From positions 1 to 17,071 of the forward strand of contig JAYEOM010000043.1 in assembly GCA_034722955.1 (NCBI GenBank): a stretch of DNA of 17,071 nucleotides. Direction: 5' to 3'. Origin of the DNA: Campylobacterota bacterium (GTDB lineage: Bacteria; Campylobacterota; Campylobacteria; Campylobacterales; Sulfurovaceae). Positions 1 through 8,362 of the stretch are shown here, in pieces (position 1 is the first letter of the stretch; the number at the start of each line of letters is the position of its first letter). The notes beneath the pieces were generated by a model. That model searched no databases and was not told the origin of the DNA. It worked only from the letters and a program-made list of their open reading frames with translations. A program made the position numbers and the translations under genes.

Positions 1-79
1 GATTCTATTTCTAATCACCATATCAATACGGGGTGTTGATGAGAATGAAATTGATTTGCACCGATTAAGTAGAGCTTAA
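1..79 (+). CDS. Probable 3' end of an upstream gene cut by the window edge, possibly a membrane protein
   Basis: Frame 2 is open from the window start to TAA at 77-79 and reads ILFLITISIRGVDENEIDLHRLSRA*, a hydrophobic stretch followed by a charged tail. Too short to be sure. Confidence 0.35.
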   Translation, partial: ILFLITISIRGVDENEIDLHRLSRA

Positions 80-128
80 AGCAAATAGGGTAATCTAAAT
101 TATTGAAAAAACAGACAAGGGGTAAGAT

Positions 129-1409
129 TTGAGGCTATTAGGTATATGGGTATGTGTTGCCGTGCTTCTTTTGGCTAGAGATGAGTATAGTGATAAGAGT
201 TGGGGTGTAGGTATGGTGGGGCGTATGGACTCTACACCATATAATTGTGCAGGATTTGATGACACAACAATCAACAATTTTGTACCACTCTTCTATTTTG
301 AGAATGACTATGTATATATGCGTGGGTTGACCTATGGGGTCAAACTATTTGGAACAGATGAGTTTCAACTCTCTCTCTTGAGTCGTATCCGATTTCTCTC
401 TATACCAGAAGATTTACAAAATTCTGTACAGGGTGATAGCCTAGACTATGGTATGAGAGGTAGATACTTTTTGGCTGATAACCAATATGTAGACTTAGAG
501 TTGATGGGCAACTCCAATGATGGTAGTTTGATCAACTTGACCTACTCTAGTGATTTAGTATATGGTGACGCCTATCTCTCTCCATATGCGACACTTAGCT
601 TCAAAGATAGTGCATTCAACACAGACTACTATGGTAGAGAAGTTGATGAGATCGATAGTGACTTTGATGTGACAGCTGGATTTGATATCAAATACCATGT
701 GTACTCCAACTTCTATCTACTAGGTGGTGCAAGTGCTACATATCTAGGTAGCAACATCAGTGGGTCACAAATGATAGATGAGGATATAACCTATAGCATC
801 TATGGTGGTGTCGGTATACTTAATGATAAAAAGAAAGAGTTTTTTGATGTAGATGGGATGAAGCCGTATGTTCGGATAGCACAAGGTTGGGCAACTGTAT
901 CTAATCTCGAAGATATACTCACTGGATCTCTTGAAGAGGATGAGTATAGCAATACTATGACCTCCATATTCTATGGACACCCTATATATAAAACTCTATT
1001 TGATCTCCCACTAGAGCTCTATCTCTCGACAGGATTTACCTATCACCACTCATCTGAAGTACAAGATAGTACTTGGGAGTTGGATCTGGAGATGAAAGTA
1101 TACTATACACTCCCTATAGATGGTGTAGATATCAGACTAGGGGCAGGTGAAGGCTTCTCATATGTTGGTGATATTACTTATATAGAGAGACTAGACGGTG
1201 AACCAAAGGGGTATGAGCTAAGCCATCTCAATTTCTATCTCGATCTCAGTACTGACATCCATCTAGACTTTATTAGTGAGAGTTTAGATGGCTTATGGCT
1301 GGGTGCAGCTGTACACCATAGATCTTCTGTATTTGAAGCATCATCACTCTTCGGGCGCATCAAAGGTGGAAGTAACTACAATACTATCTACCTACAGTGG
1401 CACTTTTGA
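129..1409 (+). CDS. MipA/OmpV-family outer-membrane beta-barrel protein with a second C-terminal barrel-like domain
   Basis: 426-aa ORF with TTG start after AAGGGG (117-122). It has an N-terminal signal peptide, amphipathic Tyr/Gly/Asp-rich beta strands, MipA-like segments (VPLFYFE..YVYMRG, FNTDYYG) and a C-terminal Phe (YLQWHF) typical of BAM substrates. Confidence 0.75.
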   Translation: MRLLGIWVCVAVLLLARDEYSDKSWGVGMVGRMDSTPYNCAGFDDTTINNFVPLFYFENDYVYMRGLTYGVKLFGTDEFQLSLLSRIRFLSIPEDLQNSVQGDSLDYGMRGRYFLADNQYVDLELMGNSNDGSLINLTYSSDLVYGDAYLSPYATLSFKDSAFNTDYYGREVDEIDSDFDVTAGFDIKYHVYSNFYLLGGASATYLGSNISGSQMIDEDITYSIYGGVGILNDKKKEFFDVDGMKPYVRIAQGWATVSNLEDILTGSLEEDEYSNTMTSIFYGHPIYKTLFDLPLELYLSTGFTYHHSSEVQDSTWELDLEMKVYYTLPIDGVDIRLGAGEGFSYVGDITYIERLDGEPKGYELSHLNFYLDLSTDIHLDFISESLDGLWLGAAVHHRSSVFEASSLFGRIKGGSNYNTIYLQWHF

Positions 1410-1420
1410 TTTCAAAAACT

Positions 1421-1515
1421 TTAGGGGCAAACCACTGAGTTTTTCAACTTCACTACCCACTCCTTGGCTCTCATTGCCCAATATATTACCGCACTAACTA
1501 AGGGCTGCCCCAAGG
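1421..1515. repeat. Imperfect inverted-repeat pair (TTAGGGGCAAACC ... GGGCTGCCCCAAGG) bracketing the duplicated fragment
   Basis: GGGGCA at 1424-1429 pairs with TGCCCC at 1506-1511. The right arm resembles the GGCTACCCCAA motif at 4882 and 8327. Confidence 0.55.
1433..1485. repeat. 53-bp direct copy of trmH-internal sequence 1662-1714 (51/53 identical)
   Basis: Manual alignment: cactGagtttttcaacttcactacCcactccttggctctcattgcccaatata vs cactTagtttttcaacttcactacTcactccttggctctcattgcccaatata. Offset is 229 bp and both boundaries are sharp. Confidence 0.95.
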
Positions 1516-1578
1516 ATTATAATTCATTGCTTCGCAACAAATCACAAATCACCCCTCTACCGAATGGTTATTAACCAT

Positions 1579-2346
1579 CTACATAAACGCCAACAAGGAG
1601 GCTGTCACTGCAACATTGAGTGACTCTACACTGCGATTCATAGGGATAGATATCTGTTCATCACTTAGTTTTTCAACTTCACTACTCACTCCTTGGCTCT
1701 CATTGCCCAATATAAATATAGTTTTGCCTGTGTAGGACTGCTCTCTGTAATTTTTTTTGGCGTGTGATGAGAGCGTATAGAGTTTGGCTCCTGTGGATTG
1801 GAAGTTTTGGAGGGTTTTTTGCAGATTGCTACTTTTGATAATAGGCATTCGAAAGAGTGTACCGGCACTTGCTTTTATCACTAGTGGTGATATCTGTGCA
1901 GCTCCTTTTGTAGGTAGCAGTATGGCATCTATCTCTCCTGCGGCAGCTGAACGGATGATCATACCTAGATTTTGAGGATTTGTGATACCATCTAGGGCAA
2001 GGATACGGTAGATATGACGATCTGCCATAAACCCCTCTTCATCTCCAAAGTGTTCTAAGACTATATCTAGTGCTACTCCCTGATCCTGTTTGGCGTTTTT
2101 AGAGATTCTAGAGAGTGATTTTTTATCATGATATACTATCTCTATCTCTCGCCTCTCTGCGATACTCATCATCATATCTAATATGGTGGCTCTTTTATTG
2201 GAGTTACTAAGATGGAGTTTGTGGATTATGATCTGCTCATCTTGGAGTGCTTCTATGACAGCATTTCGTCCATAGATCGTCAATACTTTATCAAAAAAAG
2301 CTTTTTTGGAGAGGTACTTCAGGGAGTCTTCTGTTTTGCTTTGCAT
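1579..2346 (-). CDS. TrmH/SpoU (SPOUT) family RNA methyltransferase, RlmB-like architecture
   Basis: N-terminal IYGRNAV.EAL substrate-binding domain, plus SPOUT motifs LDGITNPQNLGMIIRS, ILGNESQGVS and ISIPM...VESLNVAV. Start placed at ATG 2346; the alternative ATG at 2367 lies inside a hairpin. Confidence 0.9.
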   Translation of the reverse strand: MQSKTEDSLKYLSKKAFFDKVLTIYGRNAVIEALQDEQIIIHKLHLSNSNKRATILDMMMSIAERREIEIVYHDKKSLSRISKNAKQDQGVALDIVLEHFGDEEGFMADRHIYRILALDGITNPQNLGMIIRSAAAGEIDAILLPTKGAAQISPLVIKASAGTLFRMPIIKSSNLQKTLQNFQSTGAKLYTLSSHAKKNYREQSYTGKTIFILGNESQGVSSEVEKLSDEQISIPMNRSVESLNVAVTASLLAFM

Positions 2347-2365
2347 TGTTCTTCTCTCTTTTGTC

Positions 2366-2391
2366 ATAGTAGGAGCTAAAATCCCTACTAT
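2366..2391 (-). terminator. Stem-loop downstream of fabI (possible terminator or processing site)
   Basis: ATAGTAGG (2366-2373) pairs with CCTACTAT (2384-2391), 11 nt after the fabI stop. No clear U-tract. Confidence 0.4.
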
Positions 2392-2402
2392 ATGAAATTT
2401 AT

Positions 2403-3224
2403 CTATTCACCATTCCAAGCGATAGAAGCCCTACCCTTTTCATCGAAATTAACAGCTGGCAATCCCATGATATTATATCCAGAATCAACATAATGGATTT
2501 CACCTGTGACACCAGAGCTGAGATCTGAGAGCAGATACATCCCCGAATTTCCTACCTGATGGATAGTCACATTCGCTTTGAGCGGAGCATGAGCTACATT
2601 CCACTTAAGTAGAAAGGAGAAGTCTCCGATACCTGCCGCTGCCAATGTCTTGATAGGACCAGCTGAGATAGCGTTGACACGGATACCATCTTTGCCCAAA
2701 TCTTCAGCTAAGTATTTGACTGTCATCTCCAGTGCGGCTTTGGCAATACCCATCAGGTTGTAGTTAGGGATATACTTGACACCACCATAGTAGCTGAGTG
2801 TCAAGACAGATGAGCTGTTAGATAGAATGGGCTTGAGTTCTCTAGTTATCTCGATGAGAGAGTAGACAGAGATATCCATCGCTACACTAAATGCATTTTT
2901 CGGTGTATCGACAAAACGACCGCTAAGACCCTCTTTGGGAGCAAATGCAATAGAGTGTATGATAAAATCTATCTGACCCATATCTCTCTCTAGTGACTCT
3001 CTGAGAGCTACTATCTCTTCGGGATTGTTCACATCACATGGATATAGTCTAGCTCCACACTCCAACTCTTCTGCTATGGGTGCTAGTTTTTTTTCAAATC
3101 TCTCATTGAGAAAAGTGATTGCTATTTCAGCACCCTGCTCTTGGCAAGCTTTGGCTATACCATACGCTATAGATTTTTTGTTTGCGATGCCTAAGACGAC
3201 ACCTTTTTTACCCTTCATTATCAT
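2403..3224 (-). CDS. fabI: Enoyl-ACP reductase (NADH)
   Basis: Motifs GIANKKSIAYGIA, HSIAFAP, YNLMGIAKAALE and RVNAISAGPIKTLAA. Start chosen at ATG 3224 (MIMKGKKG) because GGAG lies 6 nt upstream. Confidence 0.97.
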   Translation of the reverse strand: MIMKGKKGVVLGIANKKSIAYGIAKACQEQGAEIAITFLNERFEKKLAPIAEELECGARLYPCDVNNPEEIVALRESLERDMGQIDFIIHSIAFAPKEGLSGRFVDTPKNAFSVAMDISVYSLIEITRELKPILSNSSSVLTLSYYGGVKYIPNYNLMGIAKAALEMTVKYLAEDLGKDGIRVNAISAGPIKTLAAAGIGDFSFLLKWNVAHAPLKANVTIHQVGNSGMYLLSDLSSGVTGEIHYVDSGYNIMGLPAVNFDEKGRASIAWNGE

Positions 3225-3250
3225 GTTGATCTCCATATGTTTATTGCCGT

Positions 3251-3274
3251 ATTTTATCATAAATGAGATAGAAT
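3251..3274. promoter_or_regulatory. Back-to-back sigma70 -10 elements for fabI (minus) and asparaginase (plus)
   Basis: Minus strand TGATAAAAT at 3259-3251 (extended -10); plus strand GATAGAAT at 3267-3274. Both match the gnTAnAAT consensus known for Campylobacterota. Confidence 0.6.
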
Positions 3275-3281
3275 GTAAACT

Positions 3282-3800
3282 ATGAAACCTATATTACTTA
3301 TCAGTACCGGTGGTACATTTAACAAACAGTACAACTCTATTAGCGGCAGACTTGAGATCGACACCAACTCAACTCCATTGGCAGAGATAGGCAAAAAGTG
3401 GAATTGTCCCTTTGATGTAGTCAATATCATAGGGAAAGATAGCCTTGAGTTGAACATCTCGGATCGACTCCTGCTTTTGGCGACGATCAACCTCTCCAAG
3501 CATAAAAAGATCATCATCATCCATGGTACAGATACTATGGATGTCACAGCAGATTATTTGGCAGACTCCAAACTCGATAGATCCATCATGCTCACAGGTG
3601 CTATGGTGCCATACTATATCGATCCTGTAGAAGCCACCGCCAATCTCAGCTCTGCTTTTGCATATCTGCAACTACTTGAAGAGAGTGGTATCTACATAGC
3701 TATGAGTGGTCTCATAGGATCCTATGAGACTATCATCAAAGATCCAAAAGCAGGAAGATTTATAGAGGTAGCAAGAGATGAAAAGCACACTATTTTTTAG
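3282..3800 (+). CDS. Asparaginase-domain protein (short, N-terminal catalytic domain only)
   Basis: ISTGGTF and IIHGTDTM catalytic Thr motifs plus LTGAM; 172 aa. Confidence 0.9.
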   Translation: MKPILLISTGGTFNKQYNSISGRLEIDTNSTPLAEIGKKWNCPFDVVNIIGKDSLELNISDRLLLLATINLSKHKKIIIIHGTDTMDVTADYLADSKLDRSIMLTGAMVPYYIDPVEATANLSSAFAYLQLLEESGIYIAMSGLIGSYETIIKDPKAGRFIEVARDEKHTIF

Positions 3801-4881
3801 CCTATTCTTTATCCTGTTCTTCTCTATCCATGTGCTATTCTATCTAAGGGTGATCAGAAAACTTCTAGTCTCTGACTCTATCAAGAGGATCTTTGCACTG
3901 CTGATCTCTCTCAACTTTCTCTTCAATATTCTCTATGTTGTAGGTAGATATAGTGATATCATCACCAGTAAGATCTATTTTCTATTTTCTATATCTATAG
4001 GTGTCACCTTTGTGCTTATCCTCTATCTGTTTATCCATGAGGCTATCCATCTTTTTCATAAAACACTAAAGAGTGTTGATCCATCCAAGCGAAAATTTAT
4101 CAAGCAGAGTGGTGATGGTATGCTGATGGCACTCTCTACGGCGTATATTACGACAGGAGTCTACGAGGGGAGTAAAAAACCTGTGATCAATGTAGTGGAG
4201 ATGGGGCTTTTTGACTTCTCTATCGTACAGATCAGTGACTTGCATATAGGCGGATTGATCGATAGAGAGTTTGTACGACACTCTGTAGAGAAGATCAACT
4301 CTCTAAAAGCAGATATAGTTATCATCACCGGTGATCTCATCGATACAGATATCTACAGTATAGAGAGAGCCGTACTAGAGCTCAATGCCATCAAATCAAA
4401 ACATGGTATCTACTATATTCTGGGCAATCACGAGTATTTTCACCATCCGGAAGATATCATAGAGTTTGTGCAGAAGAGGACTAAACTAACACTCCTACTC
4501 AATGACTCTATCACGATCGATGCACTAAGCATCAATATAGTGGGAGTGACTGATCTATTTGGATATCGTGCCGATCTACTTGAGCCAGATATCAACAGAG
4601 CATACAGTGGAGTCAACCCTAACTACAAAACTATTCTGCTCGCCCATCAACCAAAATTTATCCAATATCTGGGAGAGTACAGGCCAGATCTTATACTATG
4701 CGGTCACACTCACGGTGGTCAGATCTGGCCCTTCGCTCATCTGGTAAAGCTCCAACAACCATATGTCAAAGGACTGCATACTCTACCAAATGGCAGTATG
4801 ATATATATCAATAGTGGCATTGGATTTTGGGGACCTCCTATGAGGCTGGGATCACAGGCGGAGATAGCATATTTGGTTTAG
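3778..4881 (+). CDS. Membrane-anchored calcineurin-like metallophosphoesterase (YkuE/YaeI-like)
   Basis: Three N-terminal TM helices, then QISDLH, TGDLID, GNHEY, LLAHQP, GHTHGGQ and GFWGPPMR motifs. Overlaps the upstream gene by 23 bp. Confidence 0.92.
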   Translation: MKSTLFFSLFFILFFSIHVLFYLRVIRKLLVSDSIKRIFALLISLNFLFNILYVVGRYSDIITSKIYFLFSISIGVTFVLILYLFIHEAIHLFHKTLKSVDPSKRKFIKQSGDGMLMALSTAYITTGVYEGSKKPVINVVEMGLFDFSIVQISDLHIGGLIDREFVRHSVEKINSLKADIVIITGDLIDTDIYSIERAVLELNAIKSKHGIYYILGNHEYFHHPEDIIEFVQKRTKLTLLLNDSITIDALSINIVGVTDLFGYRADLLEPDINRAYSGVNPNYKTILLAHQPKFIQYLGEYRPDLILCGHTHGGQIWPFAHLVKLQQPYVKGLHTLPNGSMIYINSGIGFWGPPMRLGSQAEIAYLV

Positions 4882-4934
4882 GGCTACCCCAACGAAATAG
4901 AGACCCAAATAGAAGCCACAGAGGGTAGCTCCTA
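4879..4934. terminator. Long stem-loop between convergent genes (possible bidirectional terminator)
   Basis: TAGGGCTACCC (4879-4889) pairs with GGGTAGC(T)CCTA (4923-4934) with one bulge. The loop is large and U-tracts are lacking. Confidence 0.35.
4882..4917. repeat. 36-bp dispersed intergenic repeat, copy 1
   Basis: GGCTACCCCAACGAAATAGAGACCCAAATAGAAGCC, 34/36 identical to 8327-8362. Confidence 0.9.
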
Positions 4935-4954
4935 GCTACTCAACTGGGTGACTG

Positions 4955-7045
4955 CTATCTGTTCAGCCAATAGAGCAAACTGGGGATATTTTCTATGCCT
5001 AGATAGAAGTAGTTTCGATAGTCTAACTTGCCATGTCTCCTGACATAGGTGACACGGAATATATCAGCAATATCTACATATAGATTGGCTCCATAGGCAC
5101 TATCTCTTTCGTAAAATTTATCCTCTACATTGCCAAAACCACTGACACCCATACCTAGTGTGATCAGATCATCATATTGATAGAGAGCATTGATATCCAT
5201 ACGGATAAAATCACCACCATTTTTGTGGAAGTTATAGGATGGTTTGAACTCAAATCCATCTATATATCCCATATCATCATACCAATATGAGCTATAAGCA
5301 AAACTTAGGCCTCCATTGGTGATATCTGCCGATACCTCAGAGGGGAGTAGTCGCAGAGCTGTTCTGAGACTCTCTTTTCCTTTGTCGTTGGGTACATTGA
5401 TAGGTACGATATCCCATCCACTCTTTTTCTTGATAAAGGAGCTTCCGCCCCAGGCTGCAACACTGATAGCTTTTGCCATAGGTTTGTATCCAGAATAGAC
5501 TTCCGCTCGTTCATTCTCCAAGATAGTAATACGGTTGATAAGTCGTCTGAGAGGTTGTTTGCCCCAGTTTTTGACATCTTTTCTAGCCTCTGCGAGAAAT
5601 GACTCTCTCTTGATAGGGAGATACTGCATATCAAGTTTGGAGATAAAGCTTGTAAATTCAGTTGTGCTGTATCGTTTGCTATCGGGTTTTTTAAGATTGA
5701 AGGCATAATAGATAGATGCATAACGGTTATCTTTTTGAGGCTCTGCCTGACGAAACTCAGTCGCAAGAAAAAATTTATATGCCGTGTATGCATCAGGACT
5801 TTTATCTATCTCAAGGTGCCTCATGAGGTGATCCATCAACTCAACTTGGGATAATTCTTTGAATTTGCCACGGTTTTTCAATGATTTTGCGAGATGGAAG
5901 ATGGCATCATAGACACCGACATAGTAGTCATAGAGACGAAAGTTCTTATCTAAAAATGCAGCGAAATGCTCCAGATATCCTGCAGTTAGAGGGTGAAATC
6001 TTGATGAGAGTATCAGTTTTCTCTCGGGATTATTTCTAAAGTATTGGTTGATCGCTTGGTAGAGTTGCATCTGCTGAAAGATCTCAAGAGAACTGGTGAG
6101 TGGTGAGGCACTTGAAGTCAAAAATCCAACAGGAGGCACCTCTCTACTCTCCTCTTCGGTCTGCTTGGGCTCTTTACGCATATTGCTTGGATTCATAAAT
6201 ATAAAGAGTTTTGCTTCTGGATTGAGCTCAGTGGCCAGATCCAGAGGAATATTGTTGAAAGCACCACCATCTATGAAGTAGTTGGAGTGTATCTCTCCTT
6301 TGTATCCATAACGCATCTTTACCTGCTGAAAGGCTCCCGGGAAGGCAGAAGAGGCAAACAGGACATCTATGATTTTTGTATAATCCTTCTCTATACCGGG
6401 TATCGAGAGATAAAATGCATTGCTAGGAGGCATCTCCTTGTTCTCTATCTTGACTTTCCCATTTTTGACTTTGAAGACAAAAGGGAGAGAGAAGGTCTGG
6501 TTTTTGATCTTGATACCTTGGAACTCCTCTATGATAGGTACTACTTTGGTAACAGCAAAACCCATCGGTATTTCACAGCCCTCACTATATATGGGTTTAC
6601 TCATATGATCCATGATCATTGCTGCTTTTTTTCTGAGGGTTTTTCGAGTAAAGAGTGTACTCTTGTTGTTGGGATCCTCTCCTTTGATCATGAGATCTTC
6701 GATGCCTAGATCGACCCAAGTATCATAGAAAAGGTTATCATCTACACTATTCTTGAGAGGGATAGACTCTTTTTGGCACCAGTATACAGCACTAAGCAGC
6801 GAGTTGATAGATCCTGCAGATGCACCGGCAACAGAGCTCAGCCTAGGGTCAAGGTGAGCGTTTTTTGTTTTTATCTCCGAGAGCATTTTGATCATGGCCC
6901 AGTTGTACCCTGACTGATATGCTCCTAGACTGACACCACCGCTAACAACCATAGAAAAATCGATTGTTTTGACATCGGTCGCAGTGGCATTGAGTAGATT
7001 GTTTGCAACAAAAATTGCAAGTATAGATTTAAAAAGTTTATTCAT
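4955..7045 (-). CDS. Secreted patatin-like phospholipase with C-terminal beta-strand-rich domain
   Basis: Signal peptide (MNKLFKSILAIFVANNLLNA), oxyanion motif SGGVSLGAY, nucleophile GASAG, ASSAFPG and catalytic DGG. AAGG Shine-Dalgarno upstream. Confidence 0.88.
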   Translation of the reverse strand: MNKLFKSILAIFVANNLLNATATDVKTIDFSMVVSGGVSLGAYQSGYNWAMIKMLSEIKTKNAHLDPRLSSVAGASAGSINSLLSAVYWCQKESIPLKNSVDDNLFYDTWVDLGIEDLMIKGEDPNNKSTLFTRKTLRKKAAMIMDHMSKPIYSEGCEIPMGFAVTKVVPIIEEFQGIKIKNQTFSLPFVFKVKNGKVKIENKEMPPSNAFYLSIPGIEKDYTKIIDVLFASSAFPGAFQQVKMRYGYKGEIHSNYFIDGGAFNNIPLDLATELNPEAKLFIFMNPSNMRKEPKQTEEESREVPPVGFLTSSASPLTSSLEIFQQMQLYQAINQYFRNNPERKLILSSRFHPLTAGYLEHFAAFLDKNFRLYDYYVGVYDAIFHLAKSLKNRGKFKELSQVELMDHLMRHLEIDKSPDAYTAYKFFLATEFRQAEPQKDNRYASIYYAFNLKKPDSKRYSTTEFTSFISKLDMQYLPIKRESFLAEARKDVKNWGKQPLRRLINRITILENERAEVYSGYKPMAKAISVAAWGGSSFIKKKSGWDIVPINVPNDKGKESLRTALRLLPSEVSADITNGGLSFAYSSYWYDDMGYIDGFEFKPSYNFHKNGGDFIRMDINALYQYDDLITLGMGVSGFGNVEDKFYERDSAYGANLYVDIADIFRVTYVRRHGKLDYRNYFYLGIENIPSLLYWLNR

Positions 7046-7080
7046 TAGGATACCTTAAATATACGGAAAATTCGGCGGTC

Positions 7081-7102
7081 AGAGAGCAGGAGAGTGCTCT
7101 CT
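7081..7102 (-). terminator. Stem-loop directly after the aminotransferase stop
   Basis: AGAGAGCA-ggagag-TGCTCTCT forms a perfect 8-bp stem. No immediate U-tract. Confidence 0.45.
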
Positions 7103-7106
7103 ATCT

Positions 7107-8279
7107 CTATCTATGCAGTTTTCTAACAAATTTTTCTATGCGACGGACACCTTCTCGTATCGTGACCATATCTGTAGCATAAGAGAATCTAAAGTAACCT
7201 TCACTTCCAAATCCAATCCCAGGTACAACAGCGACACCTGTTTCACTGAGGAGATCTTTGCAGAACTGTATAGAGTCATCGCTGACATCTTTGATATTGA
7301 CAAAGAGATAAAATGCACCTTGAGGTTTGATAACACTAAGTCCGCTTATATTATTGAATAGGTCGTAAGCCTCTATAGATCTAGCTTCAAATGCTCTACG
7401 CATAGCTTCGATCTCGTCATCAACCTCTCCATTGAGTGCAGGTATGGCAGCTCTTTGGGTGATAGAGTTGATGTTGGAGGTACTCTGACTCTGGAGTTTG
7501 TTCATCACAGAGATCAGTTCACTGTTTGGAGTAGCCAGATAGCCAAAACGCCATCCTGTCATAGCAACAGATTTGCTCAATCCATTGATAGTGATGGTGC
7601 GTTGGAACATATCATCACTGATGCTCGCAACAGCGACGAATTTATTGTCACCAAAAACCAACTTTTCATACATCTCGTCACTAGCTACAAAGATATCAGT
7701 CCCCTCTAAAACTTCAGCTATCGCTTCAAGCTCTGCTCTAGTGTAGATAGATCCTGTAGGGTTCGATGGTGTAGTGAGTACGAGCATTTTTGTTCTTGGC
7801 GTGATGGCATCTCTGAGTTGCTCAGCTGTGATCTTGAAGTCACTCATATCGTTTGTATTTATGATGACCGGTATGCCGCCACTAAATTTGACCTGCTCAG
7901 GATAAGTGACCCAGTATGGTGCAGGAATGATCACTTCATCTCCATCATCGATCAGAGCTTGAAAGAGGTTGAAGAGAGAGTGTTTGGCACCATTGCTTAC
8001 TATGATCTGGCTTGGATCATAATCTAAACCATTTTCTCTTTTGAGCTTGCCCTTGATGGCATTTAGCACTTCAGGTATCCCCGGTACGGCAGTATATCGT
8101 GTAAAACCGTCCTGGATCGCTTGGATAGCTTCATCTTTGATGCGTTGCGGTGTACCAAAATCAGGTTCTCCAGCTGAAAAGCTGAGGATATCTTTGCCTT
8201 GTTCTTTGAGATCTCTAGCTAAAGAAGATATAGCGATAGTCAATGATGGTGAAAGTGTCTGGATGCGTCTGGATAGCAT
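7107..8279 (-). CDS. aspC: PLP-dependent class I/II aminotransferase, aspartate aminotransferase
   Basis: Motifs AGEPDF, PAPYWVTY, PSNPTG, SDEMY and SKSVAMTGWRFGY (PLP lysine). Real start is ATG 8279 (MLSRRIQ, 390 aa) with AAAGG SD; the 500-aa ORF call overlaps cysE. Same order as the Campylobacter speA-cysE-aspB cluster. Confidence 0.92.
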   Translation of the reverse strand: MLSRRIQTLSPSLTIAISSLARDLKEQGKDILSFSAGEPDFGTPQRIKDEAIQAIQDGFTRYTAVPGIPEVLNAIKGKLKRENGLDYDPSQIIVSNGAKHSLFNLFQALIDDGDEVIIPAPYWVTYPEQVKFSGGIPVIINTNDMSDFKITAEQLRDAITPRTKMLVLTTPSNPTGSIYTRAELEAIAEVLEGTDIFVASDEMYEKLVFGDNKFVAVASISDDMFQRTITINGLSKSVAMTGWRFGYLATPNSELISVMNKLQSQSTSNINSITQRAAIPALNGEVDDEIEAMRRAFEARSIEAYDLFNNISGLSVIKPQGAFYLFVNIKDVSDDSIQFCKDLLSETGVAVVPGIGFGSEGYFRFSYATDMVTIREGVRRIEKFVRKLHR

Positions 8280-8306
8280 GAAAAACCTTTGTCTGAAAAT
8301 TTTATT

Positions 8307-8312
8307 ATTATA
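8307..8312 (-). promoter_or_regulatory. Putative -10 box for the aminotransferase gene
   Basis: Perfect TATAAT on the minus strand, 27 nt upstream of the ATG. Confidence 0.5.
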
Positions 8313-8326
8313 CTCTTTTAATCTTA

Positions 8327-8362
8327 GGCTACCCCAACGAAACAGACACCCAAATAGAAGCC
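8327..8362. repeat. 36-bp dispersed intergenic repeat, copy 2 (MITE-like, TTA on both sides)
   Basis: TTA|GGCTACCCCAACGAAACAGACACCCAAATAGAAGCC|TTA, with terminal GGCT/AGCC inverted. Confidence 0.9.

Noticed and set aside
41..59. Fur-box-like sequence GAGAATGAAATTGATTTGC (13/19 match) upstream of the OMP gene
   Set aside because: Weak match in AT-rich DNA, and probably inside the 3' end of an upstream coding sequence.
1433..1714. Diversity-generating retroelement TR/VR pair: both mismatches between the copies fall at adenines of the trmH coding strand (A>G, A>C)
   Set aside because: There are only two mismatches. The polarity is reversed, since the gene holds the As and the non-coding copy holds the changes. 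No reverse transcriptase is in the window, and the target is a conserved catalytic motif.
4955..7045. Patatin as a CBASS- or CRISPR-linked defence effector
   Set aside because: It has a signal peptide, no neighbouring cyclase and no SAVED/CARF domain, and lies 8.5 kb from cas6 among housekeeping genes.
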